Virus record (IMG/VR): IMGVR_UViG_3300047202_000291
Direction: 5' to 3' (one strand)
DNA from: a virus
Lineage: Duplodnaviria; Heunggongvirae; Uroviricota; Caudoviricetes
DNA: 53,127 nucleotides
Positions within the stretch are counted from its first letter, which is position 1. Each line of letters starts with the position of its first letter. Positions 8,966 to 17,540 of the stretch are shown one piece after another. The translations under genes and the position numbers were made by a program. The notes beneath the pieces were generated by a model, which saw only the letters and a list, made by a program, of their open reading frames with translations, did not search any database and was not told the origin of the DNA.

Positions 8966-9274
8966 ATGAATGGACAAGAGCAGCATATGCCTGAAGCGAA
9001 GGAGCACGAAGGAATGAGAAAATTTAAGAATTTATTTAAGTTCTCAATGATCATAATCGTCATTCTTTTGATTGTGCTTATAGTTAATGGCATAAGGATG
9101 CGTAATCTTGAAGGGGGTTATGCGACAGGATATAATGACTGTGCGGCAAAATGTAATGAGAAACTGGATCTTTTGAAATCGACATGCGTTCAGATTACTC
9201 AAGGACTGGTGCAAGAGAATATGACTCCGATTGTTAATCCAGGCAATGCTTCGATTCAAATCGTGACCGGTTGA
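8966..9274 (+). CDS. Single-TM protein
   Basis: FSMIIIVILLIVLIVNG TM followed by GYATGYNDC...C ectodomain. Confidence 0.6.
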   Translation: MNGQEQHMPEAKEHEGMRKFKNLFKFSMIIIVILLIVLIVNGIRMRNLEGGYATGYNDCAAKCNEKLDLLKSTCVQITQGLVQENMTPIVNPGNASIQIVTG

Positions 9275-9275
9275 G

Positions 9276-10961
9276 ATGAAGAAAAGTTGGTTTCCTTGGA
9301 TCATTGTATCAATATTTTTTATTTTTTTATTTCTTTTAGTTTTTAATCTGTCTCTCAATCGCAGCATTTGGTTTGATGAGGGGTTTTCTACATTATATGC
9401 GCAAAAGTCAGTTAGTTATATCATTCAGCCACACGACGTACACCCACAATTTTATTATCTCATTCTTCACAGTTGGATAAAGATCTTTTCATCTAGTTTT
9501 ATATCACTTAGGTCTTTATCAATTATATTTGGGCTCTTGTCTTTTTTCTTGCTTTATAAAATTCTGAGGGTCTTGTTTAAAGGGGATTCAAGCGTCAATA
9601 AGAATACAATAGTTCTTGTGCTACTTTTATTTTCATTTTCATCAGTCTATTTGCATTATTTTACGGAGATTAGAATGTATGCGATGGCTCTTTTCTTTTG
9701 TCTATTGTCATTTTATCTTATGCTTACACAAACAGGAAGTATTCTGAAATTTTTGGCTTTCTGTTTTTGCACTGCCATTCTTCCTTATATTCATTATTAT
9801 ACTGTATTCTTTATATTGGGTGAGGTTTTATATACCTTCTTTTATTGGTTCAGGTCATCAGATTCTATTGGGAAGAAGAAAATAGCTTTTTCTTGGATGT
9901 TCATATTTATACTCACTATCCCAATTATAATTTATTTTTTTAAGCAGAGAGCAAGGATTGTGGGAATGTGGTTTCAAGGGCAGAGTTGGGCTTCTTTATT
10001 GTCAACAGTTCATTATGCTTTCTTTCATGTCAATGTGAATTTATTGTCAGATATATCATCTGTGTTGGGGCTTATATTTGTGTGTGTTGTGCTTGCCTTG
10101 GTATTAATTTTATATATTTGTAGGTTGGAGGGGGGTGAGAAGAAGCTTGCCTTGTGGTTGTTTTTGGCATATGCAATTCCGCCATTCTTGGGGATGGCGA
10201 TAAACAGGTTAATTATGCCAGTTTATCACCACAGGTTCTTCTTCTTTACAAGTTGGATTCTTGTTTTACTTGTGGGAAGAGCAATCTGTGTTCTTATGAG
10301 TGATGGAAAGAAATTGGGAAGAATAGTTGGTATTCTTAGCGGAATCTTGGTGTTATTTTTTGTTTTATTTAACTTACAAGTTTATTTCACTACTCAATCT
10401 TTTGAGCTTAGGGATACTAATGCCTGGTTACAGCAACAATGTGGTGATGATGTGAAGATTGTTATTCATGAATCACCATTTTCAATGTTGCCGGGCATGG
10501 TGCTCGCTCCTTGTTATCAGCACTATGTATATAGCGAGCTTAATGAAAAGGAATTTGCCAGTGCCGGGGGTGACGTAATAAATAAGGATCAGATAATCTC
10601 GAATAAAACAGAGCTATTGAAATTCGATAAGTTTTATTATATGCAGAGTGAAGCCGGTTCTTTGATTGTGCCTGGCTTTGATTATGAGACTATGTTTGTG
10701 ACAGATGGTCTTAATGTTACTTTGGCAACAAGGCAAGAGAATCAGTCGGTCTTAAATTCATTGGGTTATTCGAAAGAAGAGTATCTTATGAGCCTTAATG
10801 GAACTTGTCGAATGGCATCTGATTGTTTTATAAATAATTCCCTGGCCGGTTGTGAACAGCAAGCTTGTAATTGGTGTTGTAATGCCCTCGGAATGTTAGC
10901 CGGTTGTACTTTGATGTATTGTATGGCTGAAGAGGAAGTGCAGAGGTTGAATCTTACATGA
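9276..10961 (+). CDS. GT-C (family 39/PMT-like) polytopic glycosyltransferase with Cys-rich C-terminal appendage
   Basis: SIWFDEGFS, DVHPQFYYLILH, SLRSLS, EIRMYA motifs; about 12 TM segments. Confidence 0.8.
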   Translation: MKKSWFPWIIVSIFFIFLFLLVFNLSLNRSIWFDEGFSTLYAQKSVSYIIQPHDVHPQFYYLILHSWIKIFSSSFISLRSLSIIFGLLSFFLLYKILRVLFKGDSSVNKNTIVLVLLLFSFSSVYLHYFTEIRMYAMALFFCLLSFYLMLTQTGSILKFLAFCFCTAILPYIHYYTVFFILGEVLYTFFYWFRSSDSIGKKKIAFSWMFIFILTIPIIIYFFKQRARIVGMWFQGQSWASLLSTVHYAFFHVNVNLLSDISSVLGLIFVCVVLALVLILYICRLEGGEKKLALWLFLAYAIPPFLGMAINRLIMPVYHHRFFFFTSWILVLLVGRAICVLMSDGKKLGRIVGILSGILVLFFVLFNLQVYFTTQSFELRDTNAWLQQQCGDDVKIVIHESPFSMLPGMVLAPCYQHYVYSELNEKEFASAGGDVINKDQIISNKTELLKFDKFYYMQSEAGSLIVPGFDYETMFVTDGLNVTLATRQENQSVLNSLGYSKEEYLMSLNGTCRMASDCFINNSLAGCEQQACNWCCNALGMLAGCTLMYCMAEEEVQRLNLT

Positions 10962-11107
10962 ATAAAGATAAATTGCTTGATGATCTAAAGAGAGTCTACT
11001 CAGAGATATATTCTCTTGAACGAGTGCGTGTCGGGATCAATAAGAAGATAAAAATCCGTAAACAGCATCTTTATGCCGTGTTGAATTACTTGAGGATGGA
11101 AAAATGA
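10958..11107 (+). CDS. 49-aa helical microprotein
   Basis: MNKDKLLDDLKRVYSEIY...; ATGA overlaps at both ends. Confidence 0.55.
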   Translation: MNKDKLLDDLKRVYSEIYSLERVRVGINKKIKIRKQHLYAVLNYLRMEK

Positions 11108-11352
11108 CTGGATTAGATTTCAAAGATTTCGAGGCAGTCTTACGAGACGTTGAGAGACGTTATCATGAAAAAGGAAAAAAATATTTTGATAGCTGGAAAC
11201 ACAAGGAACTTAACGAGCTCAGTTATATTTTTTATAAGGATTTTCAGGATTTAGTCGATGAATTTAAAAATGAAAGGATTTATAAAAAGATGATAGATGT
11301 TATATTGATGGGTATGATGGTTGCAGCGAGGCAGAAGCATGGTGAAGATTAG
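11104..11352 (+). CDS. Hypothetical all-alpha protein (weak MazG-like/NTP pyrophosphatase resemblance)
   Basis: KGKKYFDSW...KMIDVILMGMM; the functional call is weak. Confidence 0.5.
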   Translation: MTGLDFKDFEAVLRDVERRYHEKGKKYFDSWKHKELNELSYIFYKDFQDLVDEFKNERIYKKMIDVILMGMMVAARQKHGED

Positions 11353-11599
11353 TTATGATGCAAAGATAAAGTCAAGGTCTCTGGTTGACTTTGGTGGAGC
11401 AGAGAATGAGTTCTTCGAAAAAGTAGAGGAAGCGATGAAGAGGGATGAGGACATAGTTGTTTCAATAAAGGGCGAAGAAAAAAGCGGGATGTCGCAGGTC
11501 GCAATCGCGATTCCATTGACGGCCTTCGAAAAGTATTACGGCCGTAAACCTGAACAAATTGTCTTGACAAAAGAGGAGATGAAAAGATGGGGGCTTTGA
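11339..11599 (+). CDS. Hypothetical protein with a degenerate P-loop-like segment
   Basis: IVVSIKGEEKSGMSQVAI. Confidence 0.55.
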   Translation: MVKISYDAKIKSRSLVDFGGAENEFFEKVEEAMKRDEDIVVSIKGEEKSGMSQVAIAIPLTAFEKYYGRKPEQIVLTKEEMKRWGL

Positions 11600-11687
11600 C
11601 TGATATTGTAGTGTTGTGTCTTTTCTTTTATGGGATATGGACGGGTATTTATGTAGGAATATGCATTGAGCAAAGGAGGGTGAAGAA

Positions 11688-11930
11688 ATGGCAAATGAAA
11701 TCCAAGGGATAATGAAAAGAAGAGGAGATGGGCGGCATTGTGTTGATTTGTCTAATCCGAATGCATTTTTGTATACTGAAGGAACTGAAGAGCATCCATC
11801 CTTGTCGGTTTGTTTCACAGATGAAGAGTTGCTTAGTTTTTATGAGCAATTGGCAGGATATATTTCGTATAAGAGGTCTCTGATAAAAATTATGAACGCG
11901 CGAGGGTGGAAGAAAAATGGAACCAATTAA
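11688..11930 (+). CDS. Hypothetical protein
   Basis: GGAGGGTG SD; ORF track. Confidence 0.65.
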   Translation: MANEIQGIMKRRGDGRHCVDLSNPNAFLYTEGTEEHPSLSVCFTDEELLSFYEQLAGYISYKRSLIKIMNARGWKKNGTN

Positions 11931-12108
11931 TATGGAGATATATCAGCTCGTTAATATGAATTTTCTGAGATTTGAGCTGGCTATTTTTTGTAGGGATATT
12001 TGTAAACCAAAGGACAAGGCGGGGTGTCTTGGTTGTAGGATAAATAAAGTTAAATCTTATCTTGATGATCCTGGTCAACAGGCAAGCGAAATGAATAAGG
12101 TGAGATGA
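11917..12108 (+). CDS. Small Cys-containing protein
   Basis: CRDIC...CLGC. Confidence 0.5.
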   Translation: MEPINMEIYQLVNMNFLRFELAIFCRDICKPKDKAGCLGCRINKVKSYLDDPGQQASEMNKVR

Positions 12109-12374
12109 TGGCGCGAGGAAAAATGTCGGGTATTGTGTGGGGTAAAATAGAGGTATATGGTGAAGAAGGGTTATCTGAGGTCAAGCAAGTTTTGATAGAT
12201 GTTGTGACTAAATTAGGGTATCCTGAAAGAAAGTCACTAGAAGATGAGAAGAAGGAAGAGGATGCTTTGAAGAAAGAATTGGAGGATATGGGTAAAGATG
12301 GTGCAAAGGATGTTGTTCCACTCAATAGATCCGGAGCAATCCAAGGGGTTCCTGAAAAAGAAGACGCAATGTGA
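12105..12374 (+). CDS. Hypothetical acidic protein
   Basis: AGGTGAG SD; ORF track. Confidence 0.6.
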   Translation: MMARGKMSGIVWGKIEVYGEEGLSEVKQVLIDVVTKLGYPERKSLEDEKKEEDALKKELEDMGKDGAKDVVPLNRSGAIQGVPEKEDAM

Positions 12375-12504
12375 TTTTTGTGGCGGTCCAATCGAGGGTA
12401 CCGAATGTTTAGTGATGACTCCTAAGTTCGAGACTAAAGGAATATATTGTTCTCACAAGTGTGTTCTTGCGGCAGATGAAAAAAATGACATACTTCCAAA
12501 ATAA
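12298..12504 (+). CDS. TRASH/MYM-like Zn-finger protein (start uncertain)
   Basis: CDFCGGPI...YCSHKC. Confidence 0.55.
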   Translation: MVQRMLFHSIDPEQSKGFLKKKTQCDFCGGPIEGTECLVMTPKFETKGIYCSHKCVLAADEKNDILPK

Positions 12505-12529
12505 ATCCGACTAAGTCGGGGGTTTCCCA

Positions 12530-12718
12530 ATGATAAAAAGAAGTGATTTGCGAAAAGTTATGATGAAGAAGGGGTATAGATTAATATCTGTTCCTTCTGG
12601 AAAAGGTTTGATGATTAGATATGTCAAGAATAAGATACCTTATTCAACTGTCATAAGTGAATTTGAATTAGAAAATATAATTAACGAGGTGACTACTCCG
12701 CATTCCCCACATGAATAA
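12530..12718 (+). CDS. Small basic protein
   Basis: ORF track; GGGGT SD-like site. Confidence 0.55.
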   Translation: MIKRSDLRKVMMKKGYRLISVPSGKGLMIRYVKNKIPYSTVISEFELENIINEVTTPHSPHE

Positions 12719-12744
12719 ATTCGTGTGTACCCCGCGGATATTTT

Positions 12745-12918
12745 ATGGACGAATCAATCAAGGAAAAAATTGATGTGATACGAGGACGACTTAACGATAT
12801 GGTTCAATATAGGAAAAGCCTTGTGAAAAAAATGACTGTTTATTCTGTTGAAAGAATCATTCTTGACGCAAGAATAGACTCGTTGGAATGGGTTCTCGCG
12901 ATTCTTGGAGGTGAATGA
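12745..12918 (+). CDS. 57-aa helical microprotein
   Basis: MDESIKEKIDVIRGRL...LEWVLAILGGE*; ATGA-coupled to the next gene. Confidence 0.55.
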   Translation: MDESIKEKIDVIRGRLNDMVQYRKSLVKKMTVYSVERIILDARIDSLEWVLAILGGE

Positions 12919-13133
12919 TGTTTAAGAAATGGAGATATAAAACCGCGTTTTTCTTTGGTAGAAAGGAGCATTTTTTTTCAAGAGTCCTTTTTGTTTGTTT
13001 GTTGATTACCTTAGGTTTGTTTTACTTATCTATCTTTAGTGCTGTAAAGATTCTGCTTTTCATTGACATCGGTCTTTGGATTTTATATTGGGGCGCCCAT
13101 AGACTTGAGAAATTGGCTCATCCAAATCATTAG
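12915..13133 (+). CDS. 2-TM membrane protein
   Basis: GGAGGTGA SD; two hydrophobic segments. Confidence 0.6.
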   Translation: MMFKKWRYKTAFFFGRKEHFFSRVLFVCLLITLGLFYLSIFSAVKILLFIDIGLWILYWGAHRLEKLAHPNH

Positions 13134-13468
13134 AATTTCTTGTTAAGGGCCGAGATTTGTTGGATTAGGATATTAATTCTAAACATAAATATGATGATTA
13201 AGTAAAATAAGGTTCTCCATTCACCATATTTTTTTAAGGAATAGTTTGTCAAAAGCCACATTATCCAAAAAAAAATTAATATTCCAATGAAGTCACCTAT
13301 GTGATATATGACATTATACCAAATTGCTTGATCAGATTTTTTCCAAGGATGGTTGAATTTTCTATATCGTCTAAGGACAAAATTGAATAGTCTGTCTCTT
13401 ATCGGTGCGCCAGTGCTTTTATCAGAAGGGAATGATAACTCTTCATCTTTTAGTTTTAACAAGCCCAA
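13130..13468 (-). CDS. 2-TM membrane protein co-transcribed with the RHH gene
   Basis: Hydrophobic segments; 10 nt downstream of the RHH stop; GAGGGTG SD on the minus strand. Confidence 0.65.
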   Translation of the reverse strand: MGLLKLKDEELSFPSDKSTGAPIRDRLFNFVLRRYRKFNHPWKKSDQAIWYNVIYHIGDFIGILIFFWIMWLLTNYSLKKYGEWRTLFYLIIIFMFRINILIQQISALNKKF

Positions 13469-13478
13469 AATAACACCC

Positions 13479-13733
13479 TCAGATTATTTTTTCAAGATTG
13501 ACTTTGGTTAAGTCAAGTTTATTCAGTAAATTCCAGATCCTCGTGAATTCTCTGTCTCCAACATCTTTTCTTATTTGCTGGATTTTTTCACCATAGAACA
13601 GAGTTTCATTATATACGAAGGATCTGCTAAGCAGGACAGTTGTATGCTCTTGTTTGCGTAAAGCTTCTAAGCGTTTACATAAGTCTTTATCAATTCTGAC
13701 ACTGATAGCTTCTTTTCGCTCGTTTAAAGCCAT
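13479..13733 (-). CDS. Ribbon-helix-helix (CopG-like) regulator
   Basis: EAISVRIDKDLCKRLEALRKQE; TATA 24 nt upstream. Confidence 0.75.
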   Translation of the reverse strand: MALNERKEAISVRIDKDLCKRLEALRKQEHTTVLLSRSFVYNETLFYGEKIQQIRKDVGDREFTRIWNLLNKLDLTKVNLEKII

Positions 13734-13756
13734 ATTCTGTCAATTAATAAAGCACA

Positions 13757-13824
13757 TATTTAAATTTTTCCATTTGTATTTTTTGTATACTATGTGATAC
13801 AATTTGCACCAAGGTTTATAAATA
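13757..13824. promoter_or_regulatory. Divergent archaeal promoters flanking a palindromic operator candidate
   Basis: TTTAAATA on minus (13757-13764), TTTATAAATA on plus (13815-13824), TTGTAT-N8-ATACAA at 13783-13802. Confidence 0.55.
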
Positions 13825-13866
13825 ACCCCACCAATATAATCAATATTATCGTATGGAGGTATAAAA

Positions 13867-14037
13867 ATGACTTATGTAGGAAACAACTATAGCAAGGCAG
13901 ACTTCCAGAACATCGTTGTAGACGGTCTAGGAACCGTTGGTGCAGCGTTTGTCAGCTGGGTAGACTTGATCGTGCTGTTGATTGTTCTCGGCTTCATTGT
14001 CGGAATATTCATCAAGCTCGGCAACCTCTTTAAGTAA
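13867..14037 (+). CDS. Putative major coat protein A (56 aa; not in ORF track)
   Basis: MTYVGNNYSKADFQNIVVDGLGTVGAAFVSWVDLIVLLIVLGFIVGIFIKLGNLFK; TATA plus GGAGGT SD; C-ending codon bias. Confidence 0.75.
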   Translation: MTYVGNNYSKADFQNIVVDGLGTVGAAFVSWVDLIVLLIVLGFIVGIFIKLGNLFK

Positions 14038-14107
14038 ATGGGTTGAAAATTATTTGTTTTTTTGATTAAATACAATGATAGTTAAAAACTCTGAAGGAGG
14101 ATAAAAA

Positions 14108-14275
14108 ATGACATATACCGCAAATTACAATAAAGCCGACTTTCAGAACATAGTTGTTGATGGTCTAGGAACAGTAGGCGCTGCCTTTGTTTCATGGCTT
14201 GATTTAATTGTGTTGCTGATTGTGCTTGGGTTTATTGTGGGTATCTTCATAAAACTGGGCAACCTCTTTAAGTGA
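14108..14275 (+). CDS. Putative major coat protein B (55 aa; tandem paralogue; not in ORF track)
   Basis: MTYTANYNKADFQNIVVDGLGTVGAAFVSWLDLIVLLIVLGFIVGIFIKLGNLFK; GGAGG SD; 46/47 aa identical to A over the C-terminal part. Confidence 0.75.
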   Translation: MTYTANYNKADFQNIVVDGLGTVGAAFVSWLDLIVLLIVLGFIVGIFIKLGNLFK

Positions 14276-14299
14276 AGATAGCTACAGAGCAACAGGAAA

Positions 14300-14327
14300 T
14301 TTTTTTATTCTTTTTTTCTTCTTATTC
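14300..14327 (+). terminator. T-rich terminator after the coat-like genes
   Basis: TTTTTTTATTCTTTTTTTCTTCTTATTC. Confidence 0.55.
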
Positions 14328-14341
14328 TTATATATTTTAAT

Positions 14342-14356
14342 GGAAAAATTTAAATA
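14342..14356 (+). promoter_or_regulatory. BRE/TATA of the surface-protein operon
   Basis: GGAAAAA-TTTAAATA ending 25 nt upstream of ATG 14381 (leaderless). Confidence 0.6.
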
Positions 14357-14380
14357 CCAGCATACATATTTGGCTCTTAT

Positions 14381-15676
14381 ATGAGAAAATACTGGCTTGC
14401 CTTGTTCCTATTGGTGGTCGTTCCTATGGTTTTGGCAATAAATAAGCCCATATTTGAGAATCCGATTCTGTCATATAAGAACTTATCATATAATCTTTCT
14501 TGGGTGCCTTCAGATAATGTGGCATATCGGTTGTTCTTTAATAATACGCAAATTTTTAATGGTTCAACAAATTCTTATTTATTCTCGCTCAATAATTTTA
14601 GTTCAGGAAATTTCTCTTTGCTTGTTAATGCGACAGATTTAAATGGATCGGATATAGGTCTTGGTTGGCTTTTTTTCACAGCGAATACTGCGCCAACAAA
14701 ACCAGGATTGACGGCTTGCTCTTCAGCAGATATATCTCTTGGGCCGATTGTCTTTAATATCACTGCTTCAACTGATGTAAATTTGGATCCGGTTATGTAT
14801 TTATTATATGCAAATGATGTGAGTTTAGCAAATTTCACGGGGGTCCAATATAATTTGACAAGCTTCTCTGAAGGTAATTTTTCTTTTAAGGTATGTGCAA
14901 GCGACGGTTATGCTCAAACTTGTTCAGATCCTGTAGCTGTAAGCATTTCTAACGGAACGATCCCCCAGATTAATTCTGTGTCTTATGGCTACGGGATACC
15001 TTTTTATGGAGATATTCAAGTAAGGGTTATCTCAATTAATGTGAGTATAGCCGATTTGAGGGAGAATCAGGTTAATGCTTCAATCTATGCATCGAACAGC
15101 GATTATTATGATGAAGACGATAATATAACTAGATATGCAACTTGTTCGAAGATAGCTGACATTGGCGGTATAAAAACATATAATTGTTCTGTGCAGATAA
15201 GTTATTTGATGCAGCCAGGATTTTATGATGTGCATATTTATGCATTCAATGGGTTTAAATCAGCAGATAAGGTTTTCCAAGAGAAAGTAGGTATTGGGAC
15301 TTTGCTTTCTTATGGAACTTCTTCTCCGATATTTGATTTCGACAACACATATAGCGATTGGACCTATACGAATCCTGTGGCAAATATAACAAATTTAGGC
15401 AACGTCCCTTATTCTGATGTTGGATTAGAATTGAAGAATATGACTTGCCCCCACAATTATGATTATCCTTTGGCATCCTTTAGATTTAGTAAGAGGGATA
15501 ATAGAGGATCAGCATTTCTTGCGGAGAACGGGTTTCAATGGCTCGATTTGGCCATTTCAAGAGGAATTTCTCATGACTTATATTTCTTTTTAAGTAATCC
15601 TGATGAGACTATCCCAGATCATCCCACTGAATGTGATGCTCGTTGGAGTCTTAAGTTAAAGTATATTGCGGGGTAA
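14381..15676 (+). CDS. Secreted Ig-like/beta-rich glycoprotein
   Basis: Signal peptide; about 19 N-x-S/T sequons in 431 aa by my count. Confidence 0.75.
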   Translation: MRKYWLALFLLVVVPMVLAINKPIFENPILSYKNLSYNLSWVPSDNVAYRLFFNNTQIFNGSTNSYLFSLNNFSSGNFSLLVNATDLNGSDIGLGWLFFTANTAPTKPGLTACSSADISLGPIVFNITASTDVNLDPVMYLLYANDVSLANFTGVQYNLTSFSEGNFSFKVCASDGYAQTCSDPVAVSISNGTIPQINSVSYGYGIPFYGDIQVRVISINVSIADLRENQVNASIYASNSDYYDEDDNITRYATCSKIADIGGIKTYNCSVQISYLMQPGFYDVHIYAFNGFKSADKVFQEKVGIGTLLSYGTSSPIFDFDNTYSDWTYTNPVANITNLGNVPYSDVGLELKNMTCPHNYDYPLASFRFSKRDNRGSAFLAENGFQWLDLAISRGISHDLYFFLSNPDETIPDHPTECDARWSLKLKYIAG

Positions 15677-15681
15677 GAATC

Positions 15682-16833
15682 ATGAGAAATAAATTTTATA
15701 TTGGGTTGATTGGCTGTTTATTATTATTGGTAATGGCACCATTTTCAAGAGCAGTTGGTGTGGCAAGGCCATTCTTTTCAGATAATACCTTTGATATGGA
15801 GGCCAATGAATCAGATTCCATTGGCTTTCAGCTTCAGAACGGCGAGGATACCTCAAAAACCTTAGTCCTTAAGATTTCTGCACAAAATCCTTTTGAAATC
15901 GAAGGCGGTTCTTTTTATGAGAAACAATTTACTTTGACTTCGGGCGAAGTTAAGAATGTGCCGATTGAGTTTTATTCTGAACAAGAGGGTCTTTACAGGG
16001 TAGATTATGGGTATTCTGAAGTTTGTTCAGGAGGAGGCACTGTTTGTTTTAATACAGAAATTACCGACTCATTTTTTGTTCAAGTTGGAGATGACGATAC
16101 TTATTATGGTTTTGACATACCGCTTGTTTATGGGAGATTTAGGCTTAATACAGAATCAAGGACCATAACCGACATCGATGATTTGGTTATTTCAAGTAAT
16201 TGGTCGGATATTGACTTTTCAGATTCGACCGTTGATCTGACCGGCTTTAGGGAAGAATATGTTGATGTGGGGCAAGGATTTGTGTCCATAAGCAGTTTTC
16301 CGGGATTAAACTATCCGGCGAGGATTATGCTTAGGGATATCGAGAGTAACTATAGGATTTATAAGGACGGGATTCTCTGTCCGCTCAATATATGTGAAAA
16401 TATATATTATACATCGAGCAACAAAAAGCTTTATTTTGATGTGACGGGCTTTTCAAGATATGAGGTGCGATACGATTCTTCTATCGGGGGTTCAACAAAT
16501 ACTGGGGGAAACACCGGCGGTTCTACAGGAGGAATAATTACGCCGCCAAAGAATAATACAAATAGCACAAATAATACGATGATAATGCCAGAAGAACCAG
16601 TCATTAATCATGTACCGGTTAGTCCGAATCCAAGTCTTCAACCGGCAAATATTTCGAAATTAACAGATACTCCGAGTCCTTTTGCAAAGAATAATAAATC
16701 AAATGAAGTGATCGCGCCAGTATCAACAGAGGGTAAGCTCCGGTTGATAAAGGCAATTTTTTATGGGTTTCTGGCACTTATATTTGCAGGAGTATTGATA
16801 TATTATGTGGGAAAAGATGCTACTCCACAATGA
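15682..16833 (+). CDS. Membrane-anchored surface protein
   Basis: Signal peptide; DGILCPLNICENIYY...FDVTGFSRY domain; G/T/N/P linker; C-terminal TM. Confidence 0.75.
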   Translation: MRNKFYIGLIGCLLLLVMAPFSRAVGVARPFFSDNTFDMEANESDSIGFQLQNGEDTSKTLVLKISAQNPFEIEGGSFYEKQFTLTSGEVKNVPIEFYSEQEGLYRVDYGYSEVCSGGGTVCFNTEITDSFFVQVGDDDTYYGFDIPLVYGRFRLNTESRTITDIDDLVISSNWSDIDFSDSTVDLTGFREEYVDVGQGFVSISSFPGLNYPARIMLRDIESNYRIYKDGILCPLNICENIYYTSSNKKLYFDVTGFSRYEVRYDSSIGGSTNTGGNTGGSTGGIITPPKNNTNSTNNTMIMPEEPVINHVPVSPNPSLQPANISKLTDTPSPFAKNNKSNEVIAPVSTEGKLRLIKAIFYGFLALIFAGVLIYYVGKDATPQ

Positions 16834-16933
16834 AAAAGACGAAAATAGAGAAATATTTAAATACTAGGGTACCTATACTGATTGTAGTCGTAGGTTTGTT
16901 GTTCTTGAGATTTATTGACATTGAGGTGGAATC

Positions 16934-17527
16934 ATGAAAAAGATACTTTGTTTAGTTTTGTTTCTATTGTTGTTGTTGCCCATTGTTCTTTCAGCAGATT
17001 ATGTGCCTACGGGAAGGGCGGATTTTGCAGTCTATGCTGATCCAAATCCAGAGCTTTCTGATTTTGTTTATACCACAGTTAAGATAAATGAGTCGGTCTA
17101 TCCAAACGAAGTGTTTCAATGCATAACTATGGTTTTTGCGAACCAAAGTGGGACTAATATTCATGTGCAGTCAAATCCACCCCATATTAATCCGGCGAGG
17201 TATTTGATTCTTAATCCGAATGAAGAGATGCAGACGTCCCCGGAAGCACTGGGCTATTTTCCAGTGCATAATGGCATAGCGAATGTCTATTATCGTTCTA
17301 AGGATATAATCGCATATAATTCCTTCTTATATGTAATTTTTTGTAATTCAAATCAGACTCAATTAGTCTATGAAGAATATTTGAATCCTGTTTATAAGGA
17401 GATGGGTAAAAGTTTGCCTTCTAGGGGTGTGTGGTTTGCTAAGTCGGAGAACGCCAGTACATTTGCCATCGTAGCGGCATTTATTTTGCTGCTTCTGATG
17501 TTTATATATTATAGGTTCACTAAGTAA
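16934..17527 (+). CDS. Type I membrane protein
   Basis: GAGGTGG SD; signal peptide; C-terminal TM plus basic end. Confidence 0.75.
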   Translation: MKKILCLVLFLLLLLPIVLSADYVPTGRADFAVYADPNPELSDFVYTTVKINESVYPNEVFQCITMVFANQSGTNIHVQSNPPHINPARYLILNPNEEMQTSPEALGYFPVHNGIANVYYRSKDIIAYNSFLYVIFCNSNQTQLVYEEYLNPVYKEMGKSLPSRGVWFAKSENASTFAIVAAFILLLLMFIYYRFTK

Positions 17528-17540
17528 ATGGGGGCAACTG

